This document shows, piece by piece, positions 37,401 to 48,007 of a stretch of 64,000 nt of DNA. The stretch covers positions 13,536,813 through 13,600,812 of the forward strand of contig CM119264.1 of NCBI GenBank assembly GCA_051294375.1, read 5' to 3'. A model generated the notes under the pieces. That model did not search any database, had not been told where the DNA came from, and saw only the letters and a list, made by a program, of their open reading frames with translations. The translations under genes were made by a program, and so were the position numbers. Origin of the DNA: Paraspadella gotoi. Taxonomy: Eukaryota > Animalia > Chaetognatha. The stretch's first letter is position 1. Every line of letters begins with the position of its first letter.

Positions 37401-40400
37401 AGTATCAAAGCTAGGTAAACAAAGAATGATGGAAAGAGCGAGCGAGATATTGACGTTTAGAATACGTGTACTTTCACGTGCTTTTCAAAGTTCGTAGATG
37501 ATGTGGCGGTTTTTGGATGGCTCAGGCGACGTGGCATTAAGCGCGAGAAAGAGACATAAAATTAAAAAAAAAAAAAACTGTTGGGACCGTTGGTGACGAT
37601 TAATTATCAGTTTTGTAGAACTGCACTCTCCTATTAAAATGTTCTTTGAACTCCCGGAAAAAACTTTAAAAATATCTACCCATCTCAAATGATCGCGTTT
37701 TAAACAACAATTGTTATCTATTCCATTTGTATACGTTTAGGTAATTGGTAAGAAGAAATAAAGGCGATTCGCCAATTTTATTTTTGAAAATTATAAAAAT
37801 ATATTTAACATATGTATAAAAACCTAACATAATTGGGGCGTACGTTTTTTAATATTTTATTTCATTCAAGGTGCAATCTCAGTATCTTCTTTTTTTTCAG
37901 TTACTACTGTCACTTAGGGGCCTTCCATCTGCCGTCCGGCGCTTGTTTAGAACTTCGTACCCAATCCCACGGTAAAAAGTGTATTGTATGTATATTTTTA
38001 TTTTTATCTCGCCCGTCTTGGGCGTAGATAATCGTTTAGCATTGCTTCTTTGTACCGTCGAAGTCATGCTTTTCTTGTATAAAAACTACTACAAATTACG
38101 ATTCATTCTTGTAAAATGATATAAGAAACTAAAAATTTAGATATGGCTTCTTATCATCAAGATCTTTTAAAATGTTATGTTTCATATCAATACTCGGATT
38201 TGTTTGTTTTATTTATAAAACAATTTTCATATAAAAACTATTATGAATTACCCTCGCCTTAGGTGAAGGGAGTGGGCTCATGTAGGGGCCCAGGGCCCAT
38301 GAAAAGAGAGAAGGAAAGAAAAGAAGAAAAACCATACAGGGTCTTCATCCTGGACTGATACAAAAAAACTTGAAATATAATCAAAACAAAGAACATTTGG
38401 GTTAAAAAAATTTTTTTTACCAATTTGTAACATTCTAGCTAGGATAGTTCTTATGTTATCAACATTTTCTTCCGAGGGTAAATTTCTGAAGAAGCATTTT
38501 TTATTTAAAAATTTTTATTTTTAAAGTGGATCTAACTATTAGTATTAATCCTTCAGTTCCTATTAAAACAATTGAAATTTGTTATGCTTAATTTTTATGA
38601 TTCTGTAGTAAATATATCATCATCGCATCAGTGAATGACTATCAATCGCATCAAGTGAATGACTATCAATCGCATCAGTGAATGACTATCAATCGCATCA
38701 GTGAAATGAATGAATAGTTATCAATCGCGTCAATTATTTATCAATTATCAATTGCGTCAATTATTTATCAATTATCAATTGCGTCAATTATTGGTTATCA
38801 ATTGCGTCAATTATTGCGTTATCAATTGCGTCAATTATTGGTTATCAATTGCGTCAATTATTGGTTATCATTGCGTCAATTATTGGTTATCAATTGCGTC
38901 AATTATTGGTTATCAATTGCGCCAATTATTGGTTATCAATTGCGTCAATTATTTGTTATCAATTGCGTCAATTTATTGGTTATCATTGCCCGCCAAATTA
39001 ATTGGTTATCAATTGCGCCAATTATTTGTTATCAATCGCGTCAATTATTGGTTATCATCGAGTCAATTATTGTTCATTATTATTGCATCAATAATCAATT
39101 ACAATTATATCATAATTCGTTATCGCATTAATCATTTGGTTTTGCCCCCAAATTTTTTCATTAATTTTTTTTTGATCTGGCGAGATTACTATACTTTAAG
39201 ATTTATTTTAAATTATACGGCATATTAAGAAAAAATATTATAAAATATCTTAATTATAAATTAAGAATTTGGGTTCGAGTGCAGGTATTTTTTATTTAAA
39301 ACCGTATTGTATTATTCATTAGCTGATGAAGACTTGTAAACAAGTTGAAACATGTACGTTTTGAAATAAAAACAAATCGTTGAAAACCAAATTCTCGCTT
39401 TTTTCTCCAATCTATTTAAAACCAATATTTCGATATTTTTTAACAGATCATCGTTAAGGTTGAAATTTACTATGAAATTAAATTTAATAGGGGCGGGGGT
39501 TTGAAAACTTTAGTTTTGAAGTCTACTTTTAGGTAAAAAAGGAATTTTTAAAAAAAGTTTGAATTTTAATGCTTTTATTGTTGCTATTAAAATTACAATA
39601 TTACTATATAATGATAAAAATTCTTTTTAATCAATCTTAACTTATTTTGATGGATTCTGATAGAGCATAAAAAGTTAAATAACTACAACTTTTAAAAAAT
39701 TTTGTTTTCTTGGTCAAAATTAAGAAAAAGTAATAAAATTATTGAAAGATGATGATGATGATGATGATTATAAATAGTTTTTCATATTTTTCACACACTT
39801 ATGATTAAAATATCGAAAAAAGAATTAAATTTTGTGCAGACAAATTTTTTTCATGCTACCTGAATCTGATTTTAAAAATAAAAAAATCCTAAAAAAATTT
39901 TTAGCCTTTCCTATTTATAAATAAATATTAAAAAATTAATATATGGAGTAATATTCAAATTTTTTTAAAATGTCTAAATTTTCGTTTGAGCAGGTACTTA
40001 ATTCAAATTTCTTAACCACCTTACTGTAATGTGGGAATAAAAAGAGCGAAGAAAGAAAGAGAGAGAGCGCGCATGTGAGAGAAACAATAGAAATGGGATA
40101 TATCCCTCCACCACCTACACTTATTTCAATGTCCACTTGTCCTGTCACATTTCTTACTTGCATCGGTCTTGACATAATATCCTATATCTTCATTGAGGCC
40201 CCTGCTCGGACCACAATCGAGATGTCGGATCTGCAAGGCCTTGTCCACCTTTAAGTGGTGGCTGAGGCTCGATGGATCTTTGGAATGTCCGCGTTTAGTT
40301 AAATGGGGCTGAGCAAAGCTGACGACATAAACTTCTTTTAGATTGAATGAGCAGGTGAACCGATAAACGCCTTTGCCTTATTGGTTTTCAATAAAAAATG

Positions 40401-43400
40401 CTGCATTTGAACCCAAATTCGACGTTTCTAAATCAATTATTTAACAGTGCATGCGATGACTCTGCAAACTTATTATTAATTATAATTTTTGGGGAAGCCC
40501 TACGAACTCGCTATAAAATTAATTGCTCTCTCGTCAGATTCCCGCCAAAATTTCACACGTAAGACCTGCAGCGAAACTGGTCTCTTCAGACCTTCTGCTG
40601 GTCGCGATTCTCCGACGATGCATCCTGGCTTTACTCACGAGGTCGACGAAGACAATTTTTGTAACCTCAACGTACGAGAGTGGGCCTCCTGTGCTAAAGA
40701 GTTGTTGAATAAGGGCCGCCTAGCATCCGTCACATCATTTCGCTCCGAGTTGCCTTTGGATGAATCTCCTGGTAATCATCGGCTTTTCTCACGCGCCGTG
40801 GCTCCACCGCTTAAGCACACCGCGCCCGCCCATTTGTGGAAAACTTCCGCGCTTGATCCCTCCGAAGGATTTCGTCAGTACGCCTCGAGGATAAAACCGC
40901 TCGCCGCTGATGGAAAAGTGAGTCGGAAAAGTTTGTAGGGAACTTACTCGATTCATATGTACGTATACAGTTTTAATTTTGTACTTCTTTCATGACTGAT
41001 TCTTGTTATTCTTCATATTTTTTATAAATTCCAAAGCATATTTTTTAAATGATAATGAAGGGCGACGTGAATAATTAAGATAAGGAGTCAGGTTTAAACG
41101 GGATACATTTAATACAATGTACAAGGAGTTAAACATTAACAGTAATAAATGGTGAACGAGAAAGTATTACAGAGATTTCGAGTTGTGTCTACCATCGTGA
41201 GCTTGTCCGCTTTTAAAGCCAAAAGTCGGCCCAAGTGTCCTCAGCGCAAGGTCAGTGGCTAAACAACCACCGGTTACCACGGTGGCCAGAGACATGACCC
41301 ACGTGACCTAAAGCGTTCTCCATAACTGTCACGTATTTTACTATTGGGGAACAAAATTCTATTTGTTCGCAACAGCAACTATACCATAGAAATACCTATT
41401 TCTTTCCTTCTTTACCCGCGATTCTTCTCGTACAGCGATAATTTTTTTATATATTTATGGAAAAAAGTTTAACGAGGCTTAAGTTCTATTTTTCGGGATG
41501 GAAAGATCGCTGCCTTTTCAATCGGACCCGTGGAACTGTGTCTATAATCAGTACAAAATCTTGGACTTTTGGGAAATATCCAAATTACTGCATATAGAAG
41601 AGGTCGACGTTTATCTATATCATTCTACGGTTTTTTTGCCGTTCTTAACTTTGTAAATTTTTTAAAGCTTATTCGAATTTTTTGTTACCAGAATTCGAGC
41701 GACTCGTCTCCCGAAAGTCTGAAACATGACGACGAATTAAACCGCATGGTGGCGCGCGTTGTCAGCGATGGAGCCCTTGATCAAGACGAAGAGGCTGATA
41801 GAAAGGAAGACGAAAAAACAACTGATAAGGCAACCATTGTCGAGGGTGAACAAGCACAGGTATGGATCTATGTTCTTTAAAAAATCCTTTGTTATACAAA
41901 TCTTAGGTTAATCTTTGAGTAAAAAGTGACATTTTTTAGTATTTTCAGACATTACTAGATCGCTCGTCGTTTTATCAATACATAATCAGTTTCTAACTAA
42001 TTTTTATTATTTTCAGTTTTCCTTCGACGATGAATGCGAAAAATTGAAAAACCTTCTGCGTAAATCTAAAGAATCCTACGAGGACGAGTTCGTGGGTTCG
42101 GTATCGGCATTCTATAGCAGAGATTCTTCTGCCTCCGCCGGGGCCACTCCCACTTCCAGCTTCGACTCAGGATGCGAGAAGCGCCGTTCTTCCACTGATG
42201 CTCCCGTGCCCACTTCTACAGCGAACGAACCTATGATGTTAAACGGAAATTCCTGCATAAAAGACGACACTCTCATCGTTTTATCTGAGAGGCCCACGGA
42301 CGAAGGTCAGTTAACTAAAGGAAGGAAGCGTGTGTAAGTAATTTTCTCTTCCCCTGCGATTTTAGAACTTTAAATTCGTTTTGTTTTTCTGAAGATATCA
42401 CCAAGACATCTGTCGGCTTCAATCCCATCACCTCGTCTCAGGTACAACTTAAGTTTTTGTTTTTCAAAGAAATTAATTCGCTGCTTTTTGCGAGAGAATA
42501 ATGCTATTATTACTGTTAATCTGTTGTTACTACTCTGCCATCAAGTTATTTGCCGGCGCCCCACTCTTCGCCTTTCCTTCCGCTCATAATGTGCGGGTCG
42601 ATGCTTTCGATGACTTCCGGCGTAATGGCCACGACGCCGGTAGCCCCTCCCCTTTCTACGCTTCAGTCTCAGCGGCGGAATTAATTAACGGTGGAGCCAG
42701 CAACCCCTGGAGCAACGGACGCGCCAGCCGTTCAGCACTTGGAGGAGGCGGTGATGGTGATGCTTTGGGTCCCGAGTCCGGTGCACCTGCCAAAGCTTTC
42801 GAGGAAAAGGGCTTCAGTTGGGCTACCATTACCAAGTCCAAGGGAGTGGAAAACAAAGTCGACGTTGCTGCCGAGCAGGTTATTGGGTACAATTGCGAGA
42901 TATTCTTTCATAGATTTAATATTTTTCCATGTACTCTTATAGACTATAGTTATGGTATATTGCATATTCGAACTGATCTTTTGTTTTCAACTTAGTTTTT
43001 TTTTCCATATCCATAATGATTAAATTTTACTTCGCAGCGCTTTTGTAGAATCTTGGAAAAGTTTATTGAGGAATTCAAATGCACCTATGAAGAGGCACGA
43101 GCTCTCTTGGAGCTTATGCAGGTTAGTAGGGTAACAGGGCATTCCTGGAGATTAACACGTTCTAGAGGTCTATAGGGAAAAAAATGAAAGAAAAAAATGA
43201 AGAAAATAAATTAACGGATAAAATAATTTTTTGAAAAAAAAAATTAAAGGATATCATAATTTTTTAATATGTTATGTTATATAAATTTTTGAAGCGATAT
43301 TTAAAGCAGAAAAATTTTATTAGCATTTATAAACAATATTTTTTTAAAAAATATAAAAAATTATACGTTTTAGCTTCCACGTAAGTTTTCATCAATGCGG

Positions 43401-46029
43401 AAGAATAATTTTTTAATATTTTTTTAAATATTTTTTTAATATTATGATAACGCTGATGAAGGTTTGTACGTAAGCCGAAACATGTACGTTCTGATACTAA
43501 TAACATTAAAACGTTTCCCAATACTCGATAACAACGAATATAAAGGAAATTCTTTATAAATATTTGTTAATAAAAAATTTTGTTTTTAATAATGTTACAA
43601 AAATTAATAAAAAAAAAATGAAAACAAATATCTTATCCAATAAATTAAGCATCTTTAAGATCATTATTGTTATGGTTTTATTTTTTTTGTTTGTAAAAAA
43701 ACATTTTTTTTATCTTCTTGCTATTCATTTTCCCATAAGCCTCCAGAACGTATTCAACTCTAGGATCTCCCATCAGAATGGAGAATGTGTTAAAGGTGAA
43801 ATATCATAGTTCTTTCTATTTACCAATCCACAGATGAAGCAACTGTCGTGTCTCTCCGCGGCCCCCCTTTCTCTCGTTGTCGACGCCGCCCGTGATCTCT
43901 TTTCGCAGTCACCTGAGGCGGCCACTCAGTCGGCGTTGGCGGCGGAGCGAGAAATCCACGCCAAACGTGCTGCAGTGGTCGACGCCAAACAGGCTAACCA
44001 AACCGTTAAAGCCATGGCACTGTTAAAAGAGGAAGAGCTACCCTGGAATTACAAGACGGTAATTTACGCGATTAACTTTTTTTACTTAGTTGGGTAATCA
44101 ATTGCTACAAAGAGCAAATGTTAGGAATATTTCACTTTTGTATTTAATAACATATTTAATAACATAATCATCATTCCAGGTCATGTGCAACTTTTTCAAG
44201 GAAGGAACTTGTAGACTCGGCAACAAGTGTATGTTTGCTCACAGCAAAGCTGAGTTAAGGGAACCTATCATTCCTAATGGATACTGCATCGCTTTCGTTA
44301 CCAAGGTATTTTAAGTATTTATAATTTTCTCTATTTATGCTAATCTGTATTTGATATTTTTTAAATTTGAGATATTTTCATCACTTTTTAAATCATAGGG
44401 CGTTTGTAAATGGGGTTCAACATGTAATTACATCCACGAAATTCCGTCATTGTCCAAAAAGCAGACTCAGGTAATGGTGACAGTGGCGCAATCGTCGATT
44501 TTGTAACGATGGTACCCATAAATGGTGTCGTCGTCGTTGTCGTCAGCGTTCCAAATTATATGCTGAGCTTTTTGTTTTTGGACGAATCAGAAGAGGCAGC
44601 GACTGAGAAAAAGAGAGAAAGCGATATATAATTTAAGAAAGAAAAGAGGAAGAGAAATATAAAATGAAAGAAATTTGTCATGTTTATATAAAATATAAAC
44701 AAATAACATTTAATATATTACCTCATCAATTTTCAAAGACCTTGAAGATGAGAATATATATCTAAATTTTTAGCTTTATACAAATACAAATAATATATGC
44801 TATTTCATTATCTTTTAAGAGTGATGGAGGCCTTAAATCACCAAAGCATGTCCTAAGTCAGGGGCAAGATAGCTTATTTATTAAATGAATGGATATTTTT
44901 TATATTGGTTGTACCGATTTCAATTATTTGTATATTAAGCCAAGTTTGTTATGCATAAAACTTAGTTTTCCTGTATCAAATATAATTTTTTGTTTGAATA
45001 ACAAAGTTTGTCATAGCTCCAGATTTTGTTTATGCGATTGCGACGATCCTTTTTTTGCTGTTTTTGAGCCGATGCTAGAAAGTTTATATTGCTAACTTTC
45101 TGCATTTGTAACTCTCTCCCGTTTATTTCTTAGCCGTCCGAAAAGATCAAGTTAATCAAAGCTCAGGAATCAAAAGGTCCGCACATTCCCGTCGGACTCA
45201 ATTACGTGACTTCGACTGTACGACCGATTGCGGCCGCAACGCCTTCTTCCGTCAGTGTGGCGTTAACTCCGCCCACCACCACCACCACCGCAGTGTCGTC
45301 GGTCCAGACGGCGTTCAATGGCGTACCCATTGTTAAGAGGGGCGACTCTCCAACAAATTCCTCAAGCGATACTAAAGGGAAAAACAAGAACAAGGTTATT
45401 CAATATTCATGGAGAGAATGTATAACTGCTATCGAGTGTGGAGCAAATGAGGAAAAGTTTCATTGCTTATTTGATTTTCTTATCTTTTATTACTGAAACC
45501 ATAGCTGAAAGAGAAGGAGGAGTGGTCAACCGTCTCGCGTGGCGCCAAACAAGTCAAAAGTCCTGAGGCGAAATCGCCGGCCGCGCTCGTCAACGCATTC
45601 GTCATTGACAGCCTCTGCGTTCTTTGTCGCGAGCAGGTGCCCTATAACATAAGTCAACATAAGTCAATTAATGCCTGAATCTTGCGAATATATAGTATAA
45701 TAAATAATTCACCTTTTACGAAATAATTTATCGGCTGTGAAGGTGAAATTTATGGCGGGTGCCATTTTTTCGATTTGTCAAACTTTTTGTTTTAATGATT
45801 TATTGAGTTGCAAAATCACTAAGCCCTAATCCCTATTAACTAGGTATCGGCTTCCAACAATCGCATAAAGTTGGAGTGTGGCCATTCGGAGTTTCATCGC
45901 GGGTGCATCAAGGAATGGCTTCGAACTCGATCCCCGTCAACGTGTCCGATTTGCCGTGTGGCATCCAAAGCTCCCTCGGAAACCGAGGAAGCAGCCGTCG
46001 TGGAAGCGGTCGCCAAGAAGAAGAAATAA
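34403..46029 (+). CDS. Tandem CCCH zinc finger plus C-terminal RING-H2 protein (putative RNA-binding E3 ligase)
   Basis: YKTVMCNFFKEGTCRLGNKCMFAH and CIAFVTKGVCKWGSTCNYIH (44050-44440); CVLCREQ...CGHSEFHRGCIKEWL...CPICR (45615-45960). Stop TAA 46027-46029. The upstream exon chain is inferred from splice phases. Confidence 0.75.
35126..36047. mobile_element. AT-rich MITE with ~50 bp imperfect TIRs
   Basis: cttggtgacaattctaagaccgccactaaaaaatagctgccatttgcaaacc versus ggtttacaaatggcagcgtttttaatggcggttttagaattgttaccatg. Confidence 0.75.
38625..39075. repeat. Minisatellite with ~23-bp units that change from catcagtgaatgactatcaatcg to ttatcaattgcgtcaattattgg
   Basis: About 3.5 copies of the first unit, then roughly 15 degenerate copies of the second. 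No unique spacers. Confidence 0.9.
39319..39360 (+). ncRNA. Minimal type I hammerhead ribozyme motif (Penelope-type) with degenerate stem I
   Basis: CTGATGA A gacttg-taaa-caagtt GAAA CAT GTA cgtt, followed by aataaa. Confidence 0.65.
41056..41331 (-). mobile_element. Possible solo LTR
   Basis: GC-balanced island in an AT-rich intron. The minus strand begins TGACAG and ends gcccttCA, like the other LTRs, with tttaaaag and attaaa signals. No TSD seen. Confidence 0.35.
43137..43771. mobile_element. MITE with ~40 bp degenerate TIRs enclosing the second hammerhead
   Basis: cctggagattaacacgttctagaggtctataggga versus ttcccataagcctccagaacgtattcaactctagg. Confidence 0.55.
43449..43490 (+). ncRNA. 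Minimal type I hammerhead ribozyme (Penelope-type) with intact core; predicted cleavage after GUA at 43486
   Basis: Stem I aacg/cgtt; CTGATGA A; stem II ggttt/aagcc; GAAA; palindromic stem III ACATGT. Confidence 0.8.
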
Positions 46030-46877
46030 AAACGCTCAAACTTATCTTGTTTAAATGAACAAGAATAAATTTTAATATATTATTAATAATCATAATATTA
46101 ATAATAATGCTTATATTAATAAATATAATACGATTCCTATTGGGATCTTGGCGAAATAAATGCGAATTTACATGAAACGACATGTATTTTTGTTGGCATT
46201 TTTTTTTACCTCTTGTGGTGCAATGTCCCCGAACTCCTTTCCTCTATCATAATGACGTCAGGAAGCGGTGACGAGGCAATTGCGTTTTTACATATTTATT
46301 TTTAACTTGTGAAGTTTATTTAAATTTTGGTTAATGGAATTGCGGTTTAATTCCAAAATTTGAGTCGTTCGTTTTTGCTTTTTTTCCTTCAAAGGAGCGA
46401 AGTTTTGAACGATTATTCTCAACATCGCCTGTTTATGTTAGCGTGCTTTTCATCAAAACGAGAATCGCTTGAAACGCGGTTGTGCTTAATACAAAAGTGG
46501 TATCAAAGGGTTTTATTTAATTTGTGATCGGTAAAAACACTAAGAATGGCGAAATTTTCTTTGTGACTTAAGCCTTCACGTTATTGACTCAAAAAATACG
46601 ATTAAGACCACTCATTATGTTCCATTCATTTAAAAACTGAATCTCAACGACTTTTTTTTTCACGTATGAATGTTTTGTAATTGTTAAAAGGAAATGCTTT
46701 CGATTTTCATAGTGTCTTTCTTCATTTTAACAATAACGTGAACATCACGTGCGTTAGTACGTTTTAAGTAGTCAAGAGTAGATGTGATCATTATAGTTTA
46801 TCTATATAGTACAAACTCGTGATAGGATATCCCAAAGGTGAAATGGATTGAATGTAAATGTGATTAAAATATCGAGC

Positions 46878-47605
46878 TGTGGCGGTATATTCACACCGCC
46901 TCACGTCCACCATCCTTCAGCCAAATCCATTGGGGAACACACAATCCCAGGCGTAGTGTTCCATCCACAGTCCTAATGACTTCCCTCTGCGTTGGCAAAG
47001 CGAGACCGTCCTAGGGTGACCGCGCCAGTGACTGGAGGCGAACCTGAGGGTCGGAAGCCCCAAAGCCAACAGTGAGATGCCCCATCCCAATGGGCATCAC
47101 AGGCAACCCGGCTGTTGCCATAAGTGGTGAGCCCTTCTATCGAACACGCAACCTTCTCAGGGTACGCTACGACAAACGCCTATGCCCTGCCAACTTCGGG
47201 TATGCTACGACAAACGCCTATGCCCCTGGGGTACGCTACGACAAACGCCTATGCCCCCACAACTTGCGCTCTCTCTCTCTCTCCCACTATGGTAACAGTC
47301 TTGTCAGACACCTCTCAGGCTTGAGGAATCTGAGTGATGTCTTGGCCCGGGGATCCTGTGGAGGTATATTCACACCGCCTCACATCCACCATCCTTCAGC
47401 CAAATCCATTGGCTCAGAAGGGGAACACACCATCCCAGGCGTAGTGTTCCATCCACAGTCCTAATGACTTCCCTCTGCGTTGGCAAAGCGAGACCGTCCT
47501 CGGGTAACCGCGCCAGTGACTGGAGGCGTCACTAAGGGTCGGAAGCCCCCAAAGCCAACAGTGGGTATGGGCATGGGCATTACAGGCAACCCGGCTGTTG
47601 CCATA
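46878..47605 (+). mobile_element. Full-length TRIM: LTRs 46878-47122 and 47357-47605, PBS TGGTGAGCCC, TSD GAGC, antisense 5S-rRNA-like segment in each LTR
   Basis: Direct ~245-bp repeats TGTGG...GCCATA; gagc at 46874-46877 and 47606-47609; three internal gggta(c/t)gctacgacaaacgcctatgccc repeats; no coding capacity. Confidence 0.9.
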
Positions 47606-48007
47606 GAGCTATAGATAACTTTTTAGTTTGAACATATCATTATAACTTGTAATAATATTATTCTGCCACAAGTTATCCTCGGGTTGGTCTGGGCGAGAAA
47701 TGGACGTGTATGAACGAGTCCATAGCCAGTGGCAACGCATGGACGGAGTTACTCGGGCTTGGGCCAGTATATGGATATTATTTGAGATTTCTATCCTCAT
47801 AAATACCCATTTTCGGTGAGATTACTTCGGTTTAGTTCTTTTCTTTCAAAAGTATTGCATTCATCCGCTTTAAGCTTATTCGAAATTGCTAAAATGTTTA
47901 GTATATAGGAAATTTTCGTTTTCCTGATTCAGCGTTGGTACAATATTTTTATTGCAGGGCATCCGCCTATAATAAGCGACAAATGAAACTATAAAGGTAA
48001 CTAGGCT

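Noticed and set aside
38625-39075. CRISPR-like array
   Set aside because: Tandem units have no unique spacers, there are no cas genes, and it lies in a eukaryotic intron.
46966-47012. Hammerhead in the 5S-like LTR (ctaatga...cgagac), which would make it a retrozyme
   Set aside because: The core is not CUGANGA/GAAA and is not conserved in other copies (ctaacaa, cttacga).
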